DNA of 61,626 nucleotides, the filler included, from Albugo candida (Eukaryota), in the NCBI GenBank assembly GCA_040437565.1. It is 5 parts of 5 records of this genome, joined end to end, with 100 filler letters (N's around TTAATTAATTAA, not from the genome) between each part and the next. Parts side by side here need not be neighbours in the genome. Positions count along the whole stretch, not along the records: positions 26,246 to 38,154 come from JBDOQK010000108.1; 4 more parts are not named here. One strand, given 5' to 3'. The notes beneath the pieces were generated by a model that saw only the letters and a program-made list of their open reading frames with translations, ran no database searches and had not been told where the DNA came from. Positions 26,412 to 37,674 of the stretch are shown in pieces (positions within the stretch are counted from its first letter, which is position 1; each line of letters begins with the position of its first letter). The position numbers and the translations under genes are program-made.

Positions 26412-27092
26412 CTAATCCATTGTAATCTGACGCTGCAAAAAGCTATAAGAGCTTTTCCGTAGTGGCGTCAATGAGCTTGCTATAAATGTCACACTGTGCA
26501 GAATAACGCTGGTTTTTGGTGTGTTGTTAGGATGCTTCTCTCCGAATCCAGATGGCAGCCTGCTCAAAAAGCTAAAGAAAACATTTCCGAACGCGCGACT
26601 TTCTTTTGCCAATTTGTGTGTAAGCAACCCCGCTCGTGATAACTTGTAGCTGTTTTTCCTATACAAAGCTGTTTGCTCAATGGTATCCTCTAGTAGCTGC
26701 CTCACTGTTTCGTCTTGAGTAAATAATCTGCTTTTATTTCCCCTCACTGGATCTTGCCAGAAATGTCGCTGCCATCCAAGTATAGTTCTTCCCCAGTCAA
26801 GGCAATCTTGCTCGTAATACGCACTCAAATCGATTCGATGCATTTTCCCGTATCGAAAACACTTGTCAGTGACATGAATTTGGCACGTTTCGATATAGAA
26901 GCTATTTGATATTCTGTTGATCGGCGCCTGTGCCTTCGCAGTCACTTTTCTACCATACAGCCTCAATTCCCCCTTTAAAATTTTGCAGTCTGCGTGTGTA
27001 TAGTATCGAAGCACTCCTTCTTGAAGGACGAAATAATACACCGTTGGGCCGGTGAAGATCTCATGCAGTATTAGATATCCCTGTCGACTCAT
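26412..27092 (-). CDS. PH-domain protein
   Basis: Open frame from ATG 27092: MSRQGYLILHE...YYFVLQEGVLRYYT...LKGELRL...NSFYIET...LSAYYEQDCLDWGRTI, the pleckstrin-homology pattern. The start may extend upstream via an intron. Confidence 0.8.
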   Translation of the reverse strand: MSRQGYLILHEIFTGPTVYYFVLQEGVLRYYTHADCKILKGELRLYGRKVTAKAQAPINRISNSFYIETCQIHVTDKCFRYGKMHRIDLSAYYEQDCLDWGRTILGWQRHFWQDPVRGNKSRLFTQDETVRQLLEDTIEQTALYRKNSYKLSRAGLLTHKLAKESRAFGNVFFSFLSRLPSGFGEKHPNNTPKTSVILHSVTFIASSLTPLRKSSYSFLQRQITMD

Positions 27093-27455
27093 ATCGTCGA
27101 GTACCGCCTTTTGAGAATTGGGCAATAAAGGTATCTGAAAGGATCGAATTATAAAGTGTTTATTGTGACGTATTAGTTGAGCAATTGCGAGTAATGCGTG
27201 AAAATCTCAGTAAAGGATGTCCTATAAAAAAGCGCTGTATCAGGCCGGCAACGCATTTCACGCACGTTTTTTGTATTCAAGGAACATTGTGTGTAGCAGG
27301 TTCCTGCTCTATGGTTGGAATTTGTGCACATCTGTTTTGCGTAATTCTCGTTACTTATCGACGAATTGCCAATTTGTTCATCTCCCTCTATAATGTTATA
27401 ATCCGAAGCTTTCTTTGCTCGAGCGATTGATTGGTCAAACGCGTTTGCAGTCAAA

Positions 27456-28426
27456 ATGCAGCATGATGAAGTGATTTGGGGCGTAATTTCCGGGCAATTT
27501 TGCTCGTTCAAAAGCAGATTGCCTGCGACAAAGGCCTTGTTTTGCAGGAATGAGTACAATGTAAGCGGTCTATGCAATCGTGGAGCATGTCCTTTGGCGA
27601 ATTCGCGGTATGCAACAGTACGGGAGCACGAAGGAATCTGTTATTTATACATGAAAACAATCGAACGTGCACACTCGCCGAAACACTTATGGGAGCGTAT
27701 CAAGCTGTCACGTAATTATAGTCGATCACTCGAACAGATTGATCAGCAATTACAATTTTGGCCTAAGAAAATGATTCACAAAGTGAAGCAAAGGCAGACC
27801 AAAATCCATCAGTATTTACTTCGGATGCGTAAATTACAAAGTCAAATCAAACCGAAATTAGTGGTTATTAACAAGAAAATTGAGCGACGAGAAATTCGAA
27901 GAGAAAGAAAAGCACAAACTGCCGCAAAGATCGATACGGCTATCGAAAAAGAACTTTTGGAACGGCTGGAGAAGGGAACATATGGCGACATTTACAATTT
28001 CCCTGAAAAAGAGTTCAGTAGCATTATCAACCAGAAGGGAATCGCACAAACAGAAGAAGAAAACCAAGTCGAAGAAGAAGTAGAATACTCGAGTGAAGAA
28101 GAAGCTGTGACTGAATATGTGGAAGATTTTGAAGAGAGTGAAGATGAAATGGAAGATTTCGAAAGCGGTGCAATTAGTGCTAGTGATCAAAGCACGTCTT
28201 CTGACGATGATGATGAAGACAATGATGCACATGTAAGGAGAAAGCGAAGTCTCAACGACGCGTCCAAGGTGAACAAGAAATTGAGAAAAGGTACGCACGA
28301 CGTTATCTACATTGTTTCACGAGTGCCAATGTTGATTCTTTCTATGTAGCGCCGGGACCTTACGTGGAGATTGAATATGAACAGGAAAACGAAATGGAAG
28401 AGCCACAAGCTCACATACTAGCCTGA
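27456..28426 (+). CDS. MAK16: MAK16 ribosome biogenesis protein (exons 27456-28290, 28350-28426)
   Basis: [17 protein letters not shown]...[25 protein letters not shown]...[16 protein letters not shown], then an acidic tail. The GT-AG intron 28291-28349 restores the C-terminal VEIEYE motif. Confidence 0.96.
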
Positions 28427-28538
28427 TAGTGTAGGAAGCCGGCAACATAGAGAAGTAAGTAAATGCATTGCTGTATACTGAAGAGAAGCAAGATGTCAAA
28501 CAATCAACCGCAAGTACAGTATTCAGTGTGTTTACTGC

Positions 28539-29345
28539 TCATCTCGCTTGTAATAAACATTCTATATCCTTCGCAACCAAGGTCGGGTTGGAACGTGGAC
28601 TGTATCGCTTATATGGAATGCCATTTCGGTCTATCAAAAACTAGAAAGCCTTTCAGTGTCACGACGTATAGTGCCGAAATCGTCGAGACACACAAACCTT
28701 TTCAAAATTCCAACTGATATCTGTGCGTGAGACGGGCATCCATACGATCCGCATGGGATGCGTGTAAAATCCACCAGGAACTGTCATGTCGTCTATCAAC
28801 GTACGATCTGATGGAAATGGTAACGAAAGTCTCAAGTGATTGTACAAAGGATGAGCATTGGCCCCATTCACTTCGATTTTCTCTGTCAATTCGAATTTGG
28901 GACTAAAATTATTCCCTGGACGAATGTGCTTAAGACTGGTCAATATTTCTTCGCCAATCAGATTCTCCTGATGACCAAACTGATTGCACGGACAGCCTAT
29001 GATGACTAGCGCTGGGTAATTTTCTGCTAGTCGATTCAAGTATATGTATTCCTTTGTGGTCGCGTTGCAGTGTGACGCCACATTCACAATCAGAATTACC
29101 TCAAAGACAAATATCAGACTATCTGTGAGCGCATTTGCAGTATAGTGTACCTTGTCGATAAAGTCCGAAAGTCGAATGACGCCATTGCCAAGTAGTTTGC
29201 GAAACGAGAATTGATACGCTGTCTTCTTACGTGTACTGGATTGCTTCTGTTGCTCTTGGTCGGTCACCGGGATGGCTATTGGAATTGACGTGTTGTCATA
29301 CTGCTGCCGGAAAACGCTGTCCTTAGCAACGGTATTTGCTTTCAT
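28539..29345 (-). CDS. GPX: Glutathione peroxidase, GPx1/2-like, Cys active site (introns 29100-29150, 28641-28697)
   Basis: VILIVNVASHC, GCPCNQFGHQE, EKIEVNG..AHPLY, DISWNFEK|FLIDRNGIPYKRYS; splice sites read from the sequence. Confidence 0.93.
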
Positions 29346-29478
29346 TGATGCGGTCGCATTCAGTAGAGCAGAAACAGAGAAAGCGGAATAAATGATATCA
29401 TGTAGGATATATAATGATACAGGACTCTCTATATTACCCACCTTTATGTTGCCCACATCGTTTTAGCTGACGTACCTC

Positions 29479-31644
29479 ATGTCTAATGGATCGTCATGTG
29501 TACTTTTTTGGCCTCAACTTGGGGTCAAAACTGCCACATTGACGAAGGGATACATTCTTGGTTTTCAGACACATGACAACACTTTCTGCGTGACAAAGCT
29601 TGTCCCTGAATCTGACACTGGTGATGCTACTCAGACAACTTTTAAATCAGCCCGAAATAATAGTGTATCAATGTGATTCGTAGATAATAATGACCCACAA
29701 TGCCTGGGGTACTATGGTGGTCCACACGATTTACCGCAATTTACTCAATCAATCAAGGCGAAAGGCCGAAGGAAGCGCTCTATTTACAGTCAAAGAAAGC
29801 AGCTTTTTGCGCTGATCGTCACGGAATCCCCTGCGCAAACAGCGCTCAAGGAGCCTACAGTACAATGGATCGTATACGACTCCAAATTTGTTTCATTTTC
29901 GGGCTGCAATGTGATTCTCTACGATCCAACATTGTTAGTAAATCGCTTTGGACCGACACTTGATACCGCATTTATCGCACAACCAACGCTCGAAGAACCT
30001 TTACGTAAGATTGGTCACCAGCTTATCGCTATACGTCGTAAAAGAGGATCACGAGAAAGTCGGTTTAGTACAGTAACACGCGGGTTGCTGCATCTACTGG
30101 TGTGGTGTCTCTCTCCGATTATCAAGTTGTTTAGTAGTTTACTCCGCATCATTGAGAAGGTTCTGGTAGTAAATAAAGTGAATTTGACTGTGAGTAGCAA
30201 TTGACCGACACCCTGTCTTTGGAAAAAGTACTAATTTGCTGTTTGTTAGAATGGATCCGTCTTGATCGCAATCAGCTGTCGTCAAATGAGAGCGATGATT
30301 CAGTTTGTCGAGTACTTGAAGACTCTCAAATCATCGCAGAGCTGTAAAGACGCCTCATTACCCCGATCACAAGTATGGATCTCACTTGAGATGCTCGACT
30401 TTTTCTTCTTCGTACTTTTTGATCAATGGCTTCAGCAACATGTGACACAATCAATACTTAGCCTTCTTCCGAATTCAATGCTGTGGGTCGTTTTGGCTTA
30501 TTCTGGCAACATGTGAACTTATGGTCCTATTGTAGCTCACCTTTGGCATTTATCGAGTTGTTGCAGGCAAACGTTCTTTGGTTGATGGGATCGCCCGCAG
30601 GCTTTAAGGTGATTCCTTGGCGGACACGATTCTCCAACTCAATCTGACGTCTCTATCACAGCTGAACGTACCACTCGCATCAATCTTTGGAAATGGTATC
30701 ATACTCTGGTTGGACGTTTGTCGCTTTTTTTTCGACTTTATTAGTGTGATCCCGAAGATGACAGCATCATACCCGTTTTTCAACAAGTCGATTGGATGGA
30801 TTTGGAGTCATGTTGGGCTCACGATCAAGCTCAGCTTGATTCTTGACCTCGTGTATTACTCAACGTGGAATTCGCGATACATTTTCAATTACTTTATGAT
30901 GCTCAACATGCTTCAAATGAAGTTCCTCAAGACATTGTGGCGTTTATTTCTAGGATTGAAACTGAACGTTTTACGCAAACGAATCGATTCGTGCGATTAC
31001 GATATTCCAGAGGTCTGTTGAACGCACTGCTCCATCGTCGCGCAATCTCTGATGCATTCTTGCTTGTTGTATACCAGTTATTGCTAGGCACTCTCTTATT
31101 CACAATCGTCGTATTTTTGATGACAACATACATTGTCTTTTTTGCTTTTTTTGCAATCATTCGACTACAAATTCGTTCCATCGAGCTGTTTTTGTGGATC
31201 ATTATCGGTGGCATTCGATGTACTTCTTTTGGGATGATTCTCTACCGCCTATGGAATCCAACATTCTTTGCCAAAAGTGTGCATCTCAATTTGTCGCAAA
31301 ATTGTACTCCAGACTCAACAAAGACCCTTGATGACTCTATGCGTTCATCACCAGACTCTCGACATTCGCCCATCGACTCAACCAAGATATCTGATTCACG
31401 CTCGACGCAAAAGTCGTCTGCAATACAACCGGTCTTCACTATATACTCGTTGGAATTTAGTTCTACAGCTTCGATATCACTTTTTCGACTCCATATTCAG
31501 AAAATTACAGAAAAATTAGCTGCGCATTTGAAAAACTGGGAGCAAGTATCGACATTCATTTTCGTTCCAACAGGCGATATAGATTTGATTTTAGATCCGA
31601 TATTTGAGATTGGGTCGTATCACCACTCAGAAAAAGCTGTTTAG
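29479..31644 (+). CDS. PIGQ: GPI-GlcNAc transferase subunit Q (PIG-Q/GPI1), multi-exon
   Basis: WLMGSPAGFK and LWRLFLGLKLNVLRKRIDSCDYDIPE|LLLGTLLFT (intron 31013-31077) match Gpi1 motifs. The 5' exon boundaries are only approximate. Confidence 0.88.
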
Positions 31645-31724
31645 ATGTTTTACTGGTCGTAAAGTAGCGGTAGATGACACATAGCGAAGGAATAGGTTGC
31701 ATTATTAAGATCACGGTAATGTTC

Positions 31725-34274
31725 TCAGAATGTGTGCGAAGTCGTCATGTAACTATTGGAATCAAAAGAGTGCATCGACATGACCAAATCCTGTTGTAAT
31801 TGTCGTTTGATCGCAGTGTAAAATGCCAAATCTGCTTCCAAATCACGTCGATGACATTCTTGCAGCTTACTGGTGCTCGAAAGCCCCTCATGACATCGAT
31901 CGATACTCTGATTGATTCTTCTGAGCCGCTCTTCGAGAAGATCCCAACGATCCGTTGTCGCCATAACTGAGCTGTGTGTGGTGGTAGTGGTGCAAACAGC
32001 ACGTGTTGCATGCATCCGCTTGGACGGACGGACGAGGTCAAGCTCGGTTCCAGCAATATTATCGCATTTGGATTTTGTCAAACAAATGGGATCATCTTTG
32101 TGTGTATTGTCTGGAGCAATAAATGTATACTCTTTGGTTTGTGCCGCCATTTGCGCCTCTTGCATCTGTGTTGATTGAGTATCGTGGTCAGAATTATTTT
32201 CTGATCCTTCGACGAGCAGCGTGCTCAACGACATTGTATCCACTGATGATCCAGAAAGTTGCTCAATGATTGCATATTTTTCTGTTTGGTCACTATTGAT
32301 TGCCATATTCGAAGTTGATAGCGTCGGATTGTCTGCTTGGTCATCATTGTCTTCCAATTCTGCTTTTTGACAATCTAATGCATTTGAAGGACCTTCATGT
32401 TTATCGATACCCTGGGAAATTGATCCTCGAGAGCTTGTAACCAATGTGGCGTCCATGCTTTCCACACCGATTGAAATTGAAGACCCGTCGTTGTGCTGTC
32501 TTGGTAATGCAGAATACTCAGTAGATTCGACTTTTCCAGGATCGCTTTTCTGATCATGATTGCTTTCTCTCTGGTCGTGGTGGATTTGGTCGAACTTTAC
32601 TGCTTTATGGTCCATTCTATGCCTGTGATCAGATCTATTGACTTCACATACTCGTGTAGCATCCTGCTCTTGAATCTGCGGTACCTTTTCTGCTTTCTGA
32701 CGCTTCAGAGGGGTACTTAGTACATTGGTATTTAGCTTTTGCGCGTCACATCCGGTACTATCAGAAAATGTGTGTCCATCTTCCTGAGTAACCAAAGAAT
32801 TGCGTGCATTAATCTGCTCTCTCTGTGATGTCAGTTGCCCAAGACGACCTTCTTGAGACATTTCTGCCTCCGGAGCTTCTCTTTGAATTGTATTGAATCT
32901 CTCGGCTTTGCGCTCTCGCAGAGTACCTCTTTCCTGAATTTGTGACGCTATTTGTGAGATCGAACGCTTTGATGGAGGAGCTGGTACAAGATTCTCCTTG
33001 TTGTGCATTTGATGCCTGGAGAATTCAGTAGCGTTGGAAAAATCATGTCCAGCCACCTGAGAAATCGGAAAAGAAGGCGCATTCCTCTGATATATGTGTG
33101 GCGTAGCTTGTTTATTTTGAGCCGATTGCACTTTTCCCGATTGCTGGGCTCTTCTTTGCATGTTATTCAAACTTCCCCCTGCATGCTCTCGCGGATTGGC
33201 CTTCTTCTCCATTTGTGATACTTGTCGGGTTATCTGAGAATCAAACGGGCAAGTTTGTACAATTGTCTCGTTGTTTTGTATTTGCCGATGCATCGGGTAG
33301 GAACGACTGACACTTTTTTGTGTCACACTTTGTTTGGCAACTGAACAGGTGGAGGACATCTGAAGATTTTTGTTCTCATTTCGATATTGTCCACCGGACA
33401 ACTCTGTTTCGGCATTAAGACCTTTCCTGAGGTCCGCTGCGTCGCATACTGACTCATTTCTGACCTTTTCTTCCATCACAATGTCCAATAGCTCCGGTTT
33501 CATAACCAATCCTTTATGTAGATACAAAAGATCCAATCGTCCCCAGCAGAATTCAAAAAACGTCTGTGAAAACGAGAAATTTGCCTGAACATTCCCAATA
33601 TTTGTACTCTTCCTTGATTGCAGTATAGCCCTTTTGAACATTGTCAAAATCTCTGACCACATTTGTCTCAATTTTGCCGCTGAGTGATTCACAATAATTT
33701 CCGGATGTATATCCACAAACAGATTATCCTGAAAGTGCAATCGATCATGCAGCTCCGAATGCTTCAGGTACAGTTCTTGCACATTTACCCATAGCCAGTT
33801 TCCGTTATGTTCGTATCGTAAGTCCCGCCATCGAGTAGCAAATGTGGGCGTCAATAAAACATTGATAAGACGAAATCGGCATCCACGTTTTGCTCTCGTT
33901 TGTTTCGTATTTGTCTCAGCGCGTTGCACGTTCCCCGGCACGATCACTTGATTTTGCATGGCGCTTGCCTGTTGATGAAACTTGAGATTCGGTGGACGCA
34001 CTGGAGCGGGTAGAACCATTGTCTCATGTTGTTTCCAATTATGCTGGAAATTTTGATTTTGGTGCTGAGAAGAAGCTTTATCGTACTCATACAAGAGCTG
34101 AATGAATCCTGCTTTGGTCGTGATGGAGCTTTTTCCAGAGATGGAAAGCGATCTCGCATAGCACTCGCTTCTCAGCATCGCGTATGTGTACTTTTCATAC
34201 GGAGCTGTGAGCCTGGCTCGCGGAAGATCTTGTGAACCCATTGATTGCATTCCGTATTTTGGTGCGGGAATCAT
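31725..34274 (-). CDS. 849-aa hypothetical protein, probably nuclear/DNA-binding
   Basis: Single 2.55-kb ORF with ATG. It has a SAP-like N-terminal segment, a CRFRLINVLL...KLRQMW helical domain, a long low-complexity middle and a C-terminal coiled coil. Confidence 0.85.
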   Translation of the reverse strand: MIPAPKYGMQSMGSQDLPRARLTAPYEKYTYAMLRSECYARSLSISGKSSITTKAGFIQLLYEYDKASSQHQNQNFQHNWKQHETMVLPAPVRPPNLKFHQQASAMQNQVIVPGNVQRAETNTKQTRAKRGCRFRLINVLLTPTFATRWRDLRYEHNGNWLWVNVQELYLKHSELHDRLHFQDNLFVDIHPEIIVNHSAAKLRQMWSEILTMFKRAILQSRKSTNIGNVQANFSFSQTFFEFCWGRLDLLYLHKGLVMKPELLDIVMEEKVRNESVCDAADLRKGLNAETELSGGQYRNENKNLQMSSTCSVAKQSVTQKSVSRSYPMHRQIQNNETIVQTCPFDSQITRQVSQMEKKANPREHAGGSLNNMQRRAQQSGKVQSAQNKQATPHIYQRNAPSFPISQVAGHDFSNATEFSRHQMHNKENLVPAPPSKRSISQIASQIQERGTLRERKAERFNTIQREAPEAEMSQEGRLGQLTSQREQINARNSLVTQEDGHTFSDSTGCDAQKLNTNVLSTPLKRQKAEKVPQIQEQDATRVCEVNRSDHRHRMDHKAVKFDQIHHDQRESNHDQKSDPGKVESTEYSALPRQHNDGSSISIGVESMDATLVTSSRGSISQGIDKHEGPSNALDCQKAELEDNDDQADNPTLSTSNMAINSDQTEKYAIIEQLSGSSVDTMSLSTLLVEGSENNSDHDTQSTQMQEAQMAAQTKEYTFIAPDNTHKDDPICLTKSKCDNIAGTELDLVRPSKRMHATRAVCTTTTTHSSVMATTDRWDLLEERLRRINQSIDRCHEGLSSTSKLQECHRRDLEADLAFYTAIKRQLQQDLVMSMHSFDSNSYMTTSHTF

Positions 34275-34388
34275 GTCAAAAAGGAAAATTGCAACTTCAA
34301 CTTGCAGATGTCCTATAAATAGTATTACAGCACAAATCAGAAGAAAGAATATATAACAATATGCAGTTATTCTATAATAAATCGAGAT

Positions 34389-35453
34389 TCACAACATCAA
34401 CTCTGATACTCCGCTTGGACTTTCTTTCACAGTGGCTTTGTCAAGTGAAGTTGCATCGACCGGTATCAGATTGAAGTCGATTGCGCAGGGTTTTCCCTGA
34501 TCATCACTAACAAGGGAAGCGATCAGCGTCATTGTTCTGATCCCATTTCCTGTGTGAGCTTGAACTAAAGTACATGTCGAATGATTTTTTTCGGACACAT
34601 CTCTGATAATCGTATCAAATCTCGAGCAGTCCACACAGATAAATGGTTGGGCCGATTCTTTGTCAACAATCGTGTTACGAGGTGTGCCCGCATGACCAAC
34701 AAATGCTGCATTAATGGCCTGTACTTTCGCGTCGAGCCCAATAATGATTCGTGGTGTGCCACATTGCTCGAAACAGCGTTGGATCATTGAATCCGGCGCA
34801 TTCAGTTGACTCGATTGCTGTTTATATCGATCGAGTTGCTTCTCGGCTCGGTCAGCTTTTTGTTTAGCGATCACCAAGTAGCTTCGAAGCATGCTGATAT
34901 AATGATGCGTATTATCCAAAACAGACTGCTTGTTCTTCTTGGATTGAACACCTGCTTCGTCAAGTAATTCCTTGAGCTGATTGATACGATCGTTCAACTT
35001 GAACATTCTCTTTTTCTCCTTCAAATTTAATTCTTCACGAGATCGTCTTGCATTGTGACCGCGGGAACTCGGTGTATCGGAACCATCACTAGCTCCACCC
35101 ATCGGTGTTGCCGAATTGTATTCATTGTGAATGGGAAGGACCGGATGTTGTCCTACCTGGGGAGGATAATAAAACTTTTGATTCTGCATGCTGAGCATCA
35201 GAGGCTCATGCTCGATGTTGGACGATGCGAATCCTTGGGCCGGTAGATTATGATTATACTGGAAGCTTCTACCCATCCCTAGATGCTGTCCATTCATGGA
35301 ATCCCCGTTCATATAGTTTGTCTCCACACCGTATAATTTTGGGCGTGCATCACTCTGCTGATGCTGAGTCTGTTCCGGATAATTCTCAAATTCGGAAAGG
35401 GAGTATGGCTGATTTGATGGGAGGTAGGAGTAGTCACGTGATGATGCCAACAT
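34389..35453 (-). CDS. bHLH-PAS transcription factor
   Basis: Basic-HLH REELNLKEKKRMFKLNDRINQLKELL...KKNKQSVLDNTHHYISML, a coiled coil, then PAS-like IQRCFEQCGTPRIIIGLDAKVQAINAAF. Confidence 0.85.
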   Translation of the reverse strand: MLASSRDYSYLPSNQPYSLSEFENYPEQTQHQQSDARPKLYGVETNYMNGDSMNGQHLGMGRSFQYNHNLPAQGFASSNIEHEPLMLSMQNQKFYYPPQVGQHPVLPIHNEYNSATPMGGASDGSDTPSSRGHNARRSREELNLKEKKRMFKLNDRINQLKELLDEAGVQSKKNKQSVLDNTHHYISMLRSYLVIAKQKADRAEKQLDRYKQQSSQLNAPDSMIQRCFEQCGTPRIIIGLDAKVQAINAAFVGHAGTPRNTIVDKESAQPFICVDCSRFDTIIRDVSEKNHSTCTLVQAHTGNGIRTMTLIASLVSDDQGKPCAIDFNLIPVDATSLDKATVKESPSGVSELML

Positions 35454-36678
35454 TTTTCAAGCTGCTTTTTAACCTGATCTGATCGACGGCGCGAAAGAAG
35501 ATTTCTAGGTTATAGAAAATATAATGATGTGAGGAAAGCCAAATGGAAAATGACAAATGGCAATCAATCAGATGGTGTTTGGAAAACACAATGAATGCAG
35601 TTATATTTCGAGTGATTCAGCTCAAGACGTGAGTATACCTATACCCTCTCAGCTGAGCCTGTCCTTCATGCTCTTCTCCCTCGCACTTAGCCCGATAAGA
35701 AGTTATTTTTCTCCTGTCTGATACGCAACCGTATAAATGGGTACAAAGACAGGACGATACCTAATTTGTGGACAACAGTAGTATCGTGAGTGAGCGATTA
35801 CTGCGACATTATGGATAAGATAGAACGATTTATTTTGAGGTTTACAGTAAGTGTCTATCATAAGAACTCAATGAACGAACGTTCTCTTCCTCACCATGCC
35901 GCTATGATTGCCAGCTGTCGTTCTCCAAGAAAATCACGCTGAAAAAACTGATGTCCAAGGTGTCATTTGCGTCATCGACAGCTGATGTGGTAAAGGATTG
36001 CGATCGTACGTCTCGCGGAAGAGTCCAGATCTTCTAGAAAAACATGGTAATCACGAGGTGATTCTGCTTTCACCAGTGGGAAAGCCGCAAACGCAAGAAG
36101 AGAAAGACGAACATACTTTAATATTTCGATAACTGCCTGAATCATCCGTCATATAATTCTCATTCGCAATCAGTACTGGACTTTACAGGGTTGCACACTG
36201 ATACGGGTCCTTCTGGTTAAGGAAAGAAAAGCACCTATATCAAGTCATCAGGCAGAAACTGTAGTGACGAATGAATAATAGAAAACGGAGCTTTTATGAC
36301 GTATGCAATTGTTCTTCAGTAGAATAGAGTACGCCAAAGGGATAAGTCAATCAGATTAGATGGATACGTTTTATGAATTAAAATCACGAATCTGATCTGT
36401 TTAGCAATCCATTCGAAATCGTAACTCTAAATGATTTCTGCTCATCCTTTTAAGCTCTTTGTCCGTCAGTATTCAAAGACAAATATGCATTGAGATAATG
36501 GTAGTCTTGAAACTCATGCTCTGGGGGCTGGTAGGAGCAAATTCGATTGCCTTTTTGATGTCATAGCTGATTAATCGAGCCATGGAACCTTTCTTGCATG
36601 CTACTTACTGTTAATTCGCACCCAGCGTGCATGTCGATAATATGCACACTTAACGGATGCGTTATCAGACATAAAGCC

Positions 36679-37674
36679 ATGATGCAAGACATTCGCTCGT
36701 ACTTCACCACTGGCCAGAAACCAAGAAAGAAACAAAGAATTGCATCTGAAGAAACTATTACTACGATAACTGATGTGGTGAAGAAATCATCATCTTTAGA
36801 TGAACCGCAACACAATAGTAGCGATGATGTGACTTACCACGCACTTGCGTCATGTCTCGAAGACTTGATGCATCCCACCTGGTACGCATTACTGGAGTTC
36901 GAATGCCAAAAAGATTATTTCCGGAAACTATTGGAATTTCTGCGCTCGGAAACCGCAAAGTCAGTATCTCTCCGTCTCACAACCTTGTAAAAATTAGTAT
37001 TAGCTGACTAATTGCTATCTTCTCCACCCGTATTCGAAACAGATATACATTGTATCCGCTTGCTTGCAACGTATTCTCCTCATTGCGTAACTTCCCTATT
37101 GACACACTGAAAGTTGTCATACTCGGTCAAGATCCTTACCATGGGCCAAATCAAGCACATGGATTGTGCTTTTCTATACAAAAGGGAGTACAGATACCCC
37201 CCAGCCTCAGAAATATAATCAAAGAAGCCATTGAAGACGTTCAAATCACGAAACCGGCTCATGGTTGCCTGATTTCTTGGTGTCAGCAAGGTGTGTTACT
37301 TCTCAATGCCGTGATGACGGTGAGAAAAGGAGAAGCCAATTCACACTGTAAAAGAGGCTGGGAACGCTGGACCGACACTATCATCAGATTGATCAATGAT
37401 AAAACAAAAAACACAGTCTTTCTTTTGTGGGGCAGGCAAGCTCAGGTATGCAGATGTATGAAATGTGCCTTGCATCAGGTTTGACTATTGATACCATTAG
37501 GAAAAGTGCTCTATTATTGATACGAAACAGCACTGTGTGATCAAAACCTCTCATCCGTCTCCACTTGGTGCGGCCAAAACTAGTGCTCCTTTCCTAGGAT
37601 CCCGCTGCTTTTCCAAAGCCAATTCGTACTTGATCAAGCACAATAAGGAACCAATCAATTGGAACATTACTTAA
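36679..37674 (+). CDS. UNG: Uracil-DNA glycosylase family 1 (exons 36679-36959, 37043-37445, 37501-37674)
   Basis: KVVILGQDPYHGPNQAHGL, PPSLRNI, QGVLLLN, VFLLWG and SHPSPL; two GT-AG introns keep the frame. Confidence 0.97.

Noticed and set aside
27858..28298. Antisense 146-aa Phe-rich ORF
   Set aside because: A shadow of the GAA-rich acidic region of MAK16.
29060..29085. Selenocysteine recoding in GPx
   Set aside because: The active-site codon is TGC (Cys), not TGA.
29346..29456. N-terminal extension of GPx in the ORF track
   Set aside because: It starts at GTG and fills the divergent promoter; the first ATG is at 29345.
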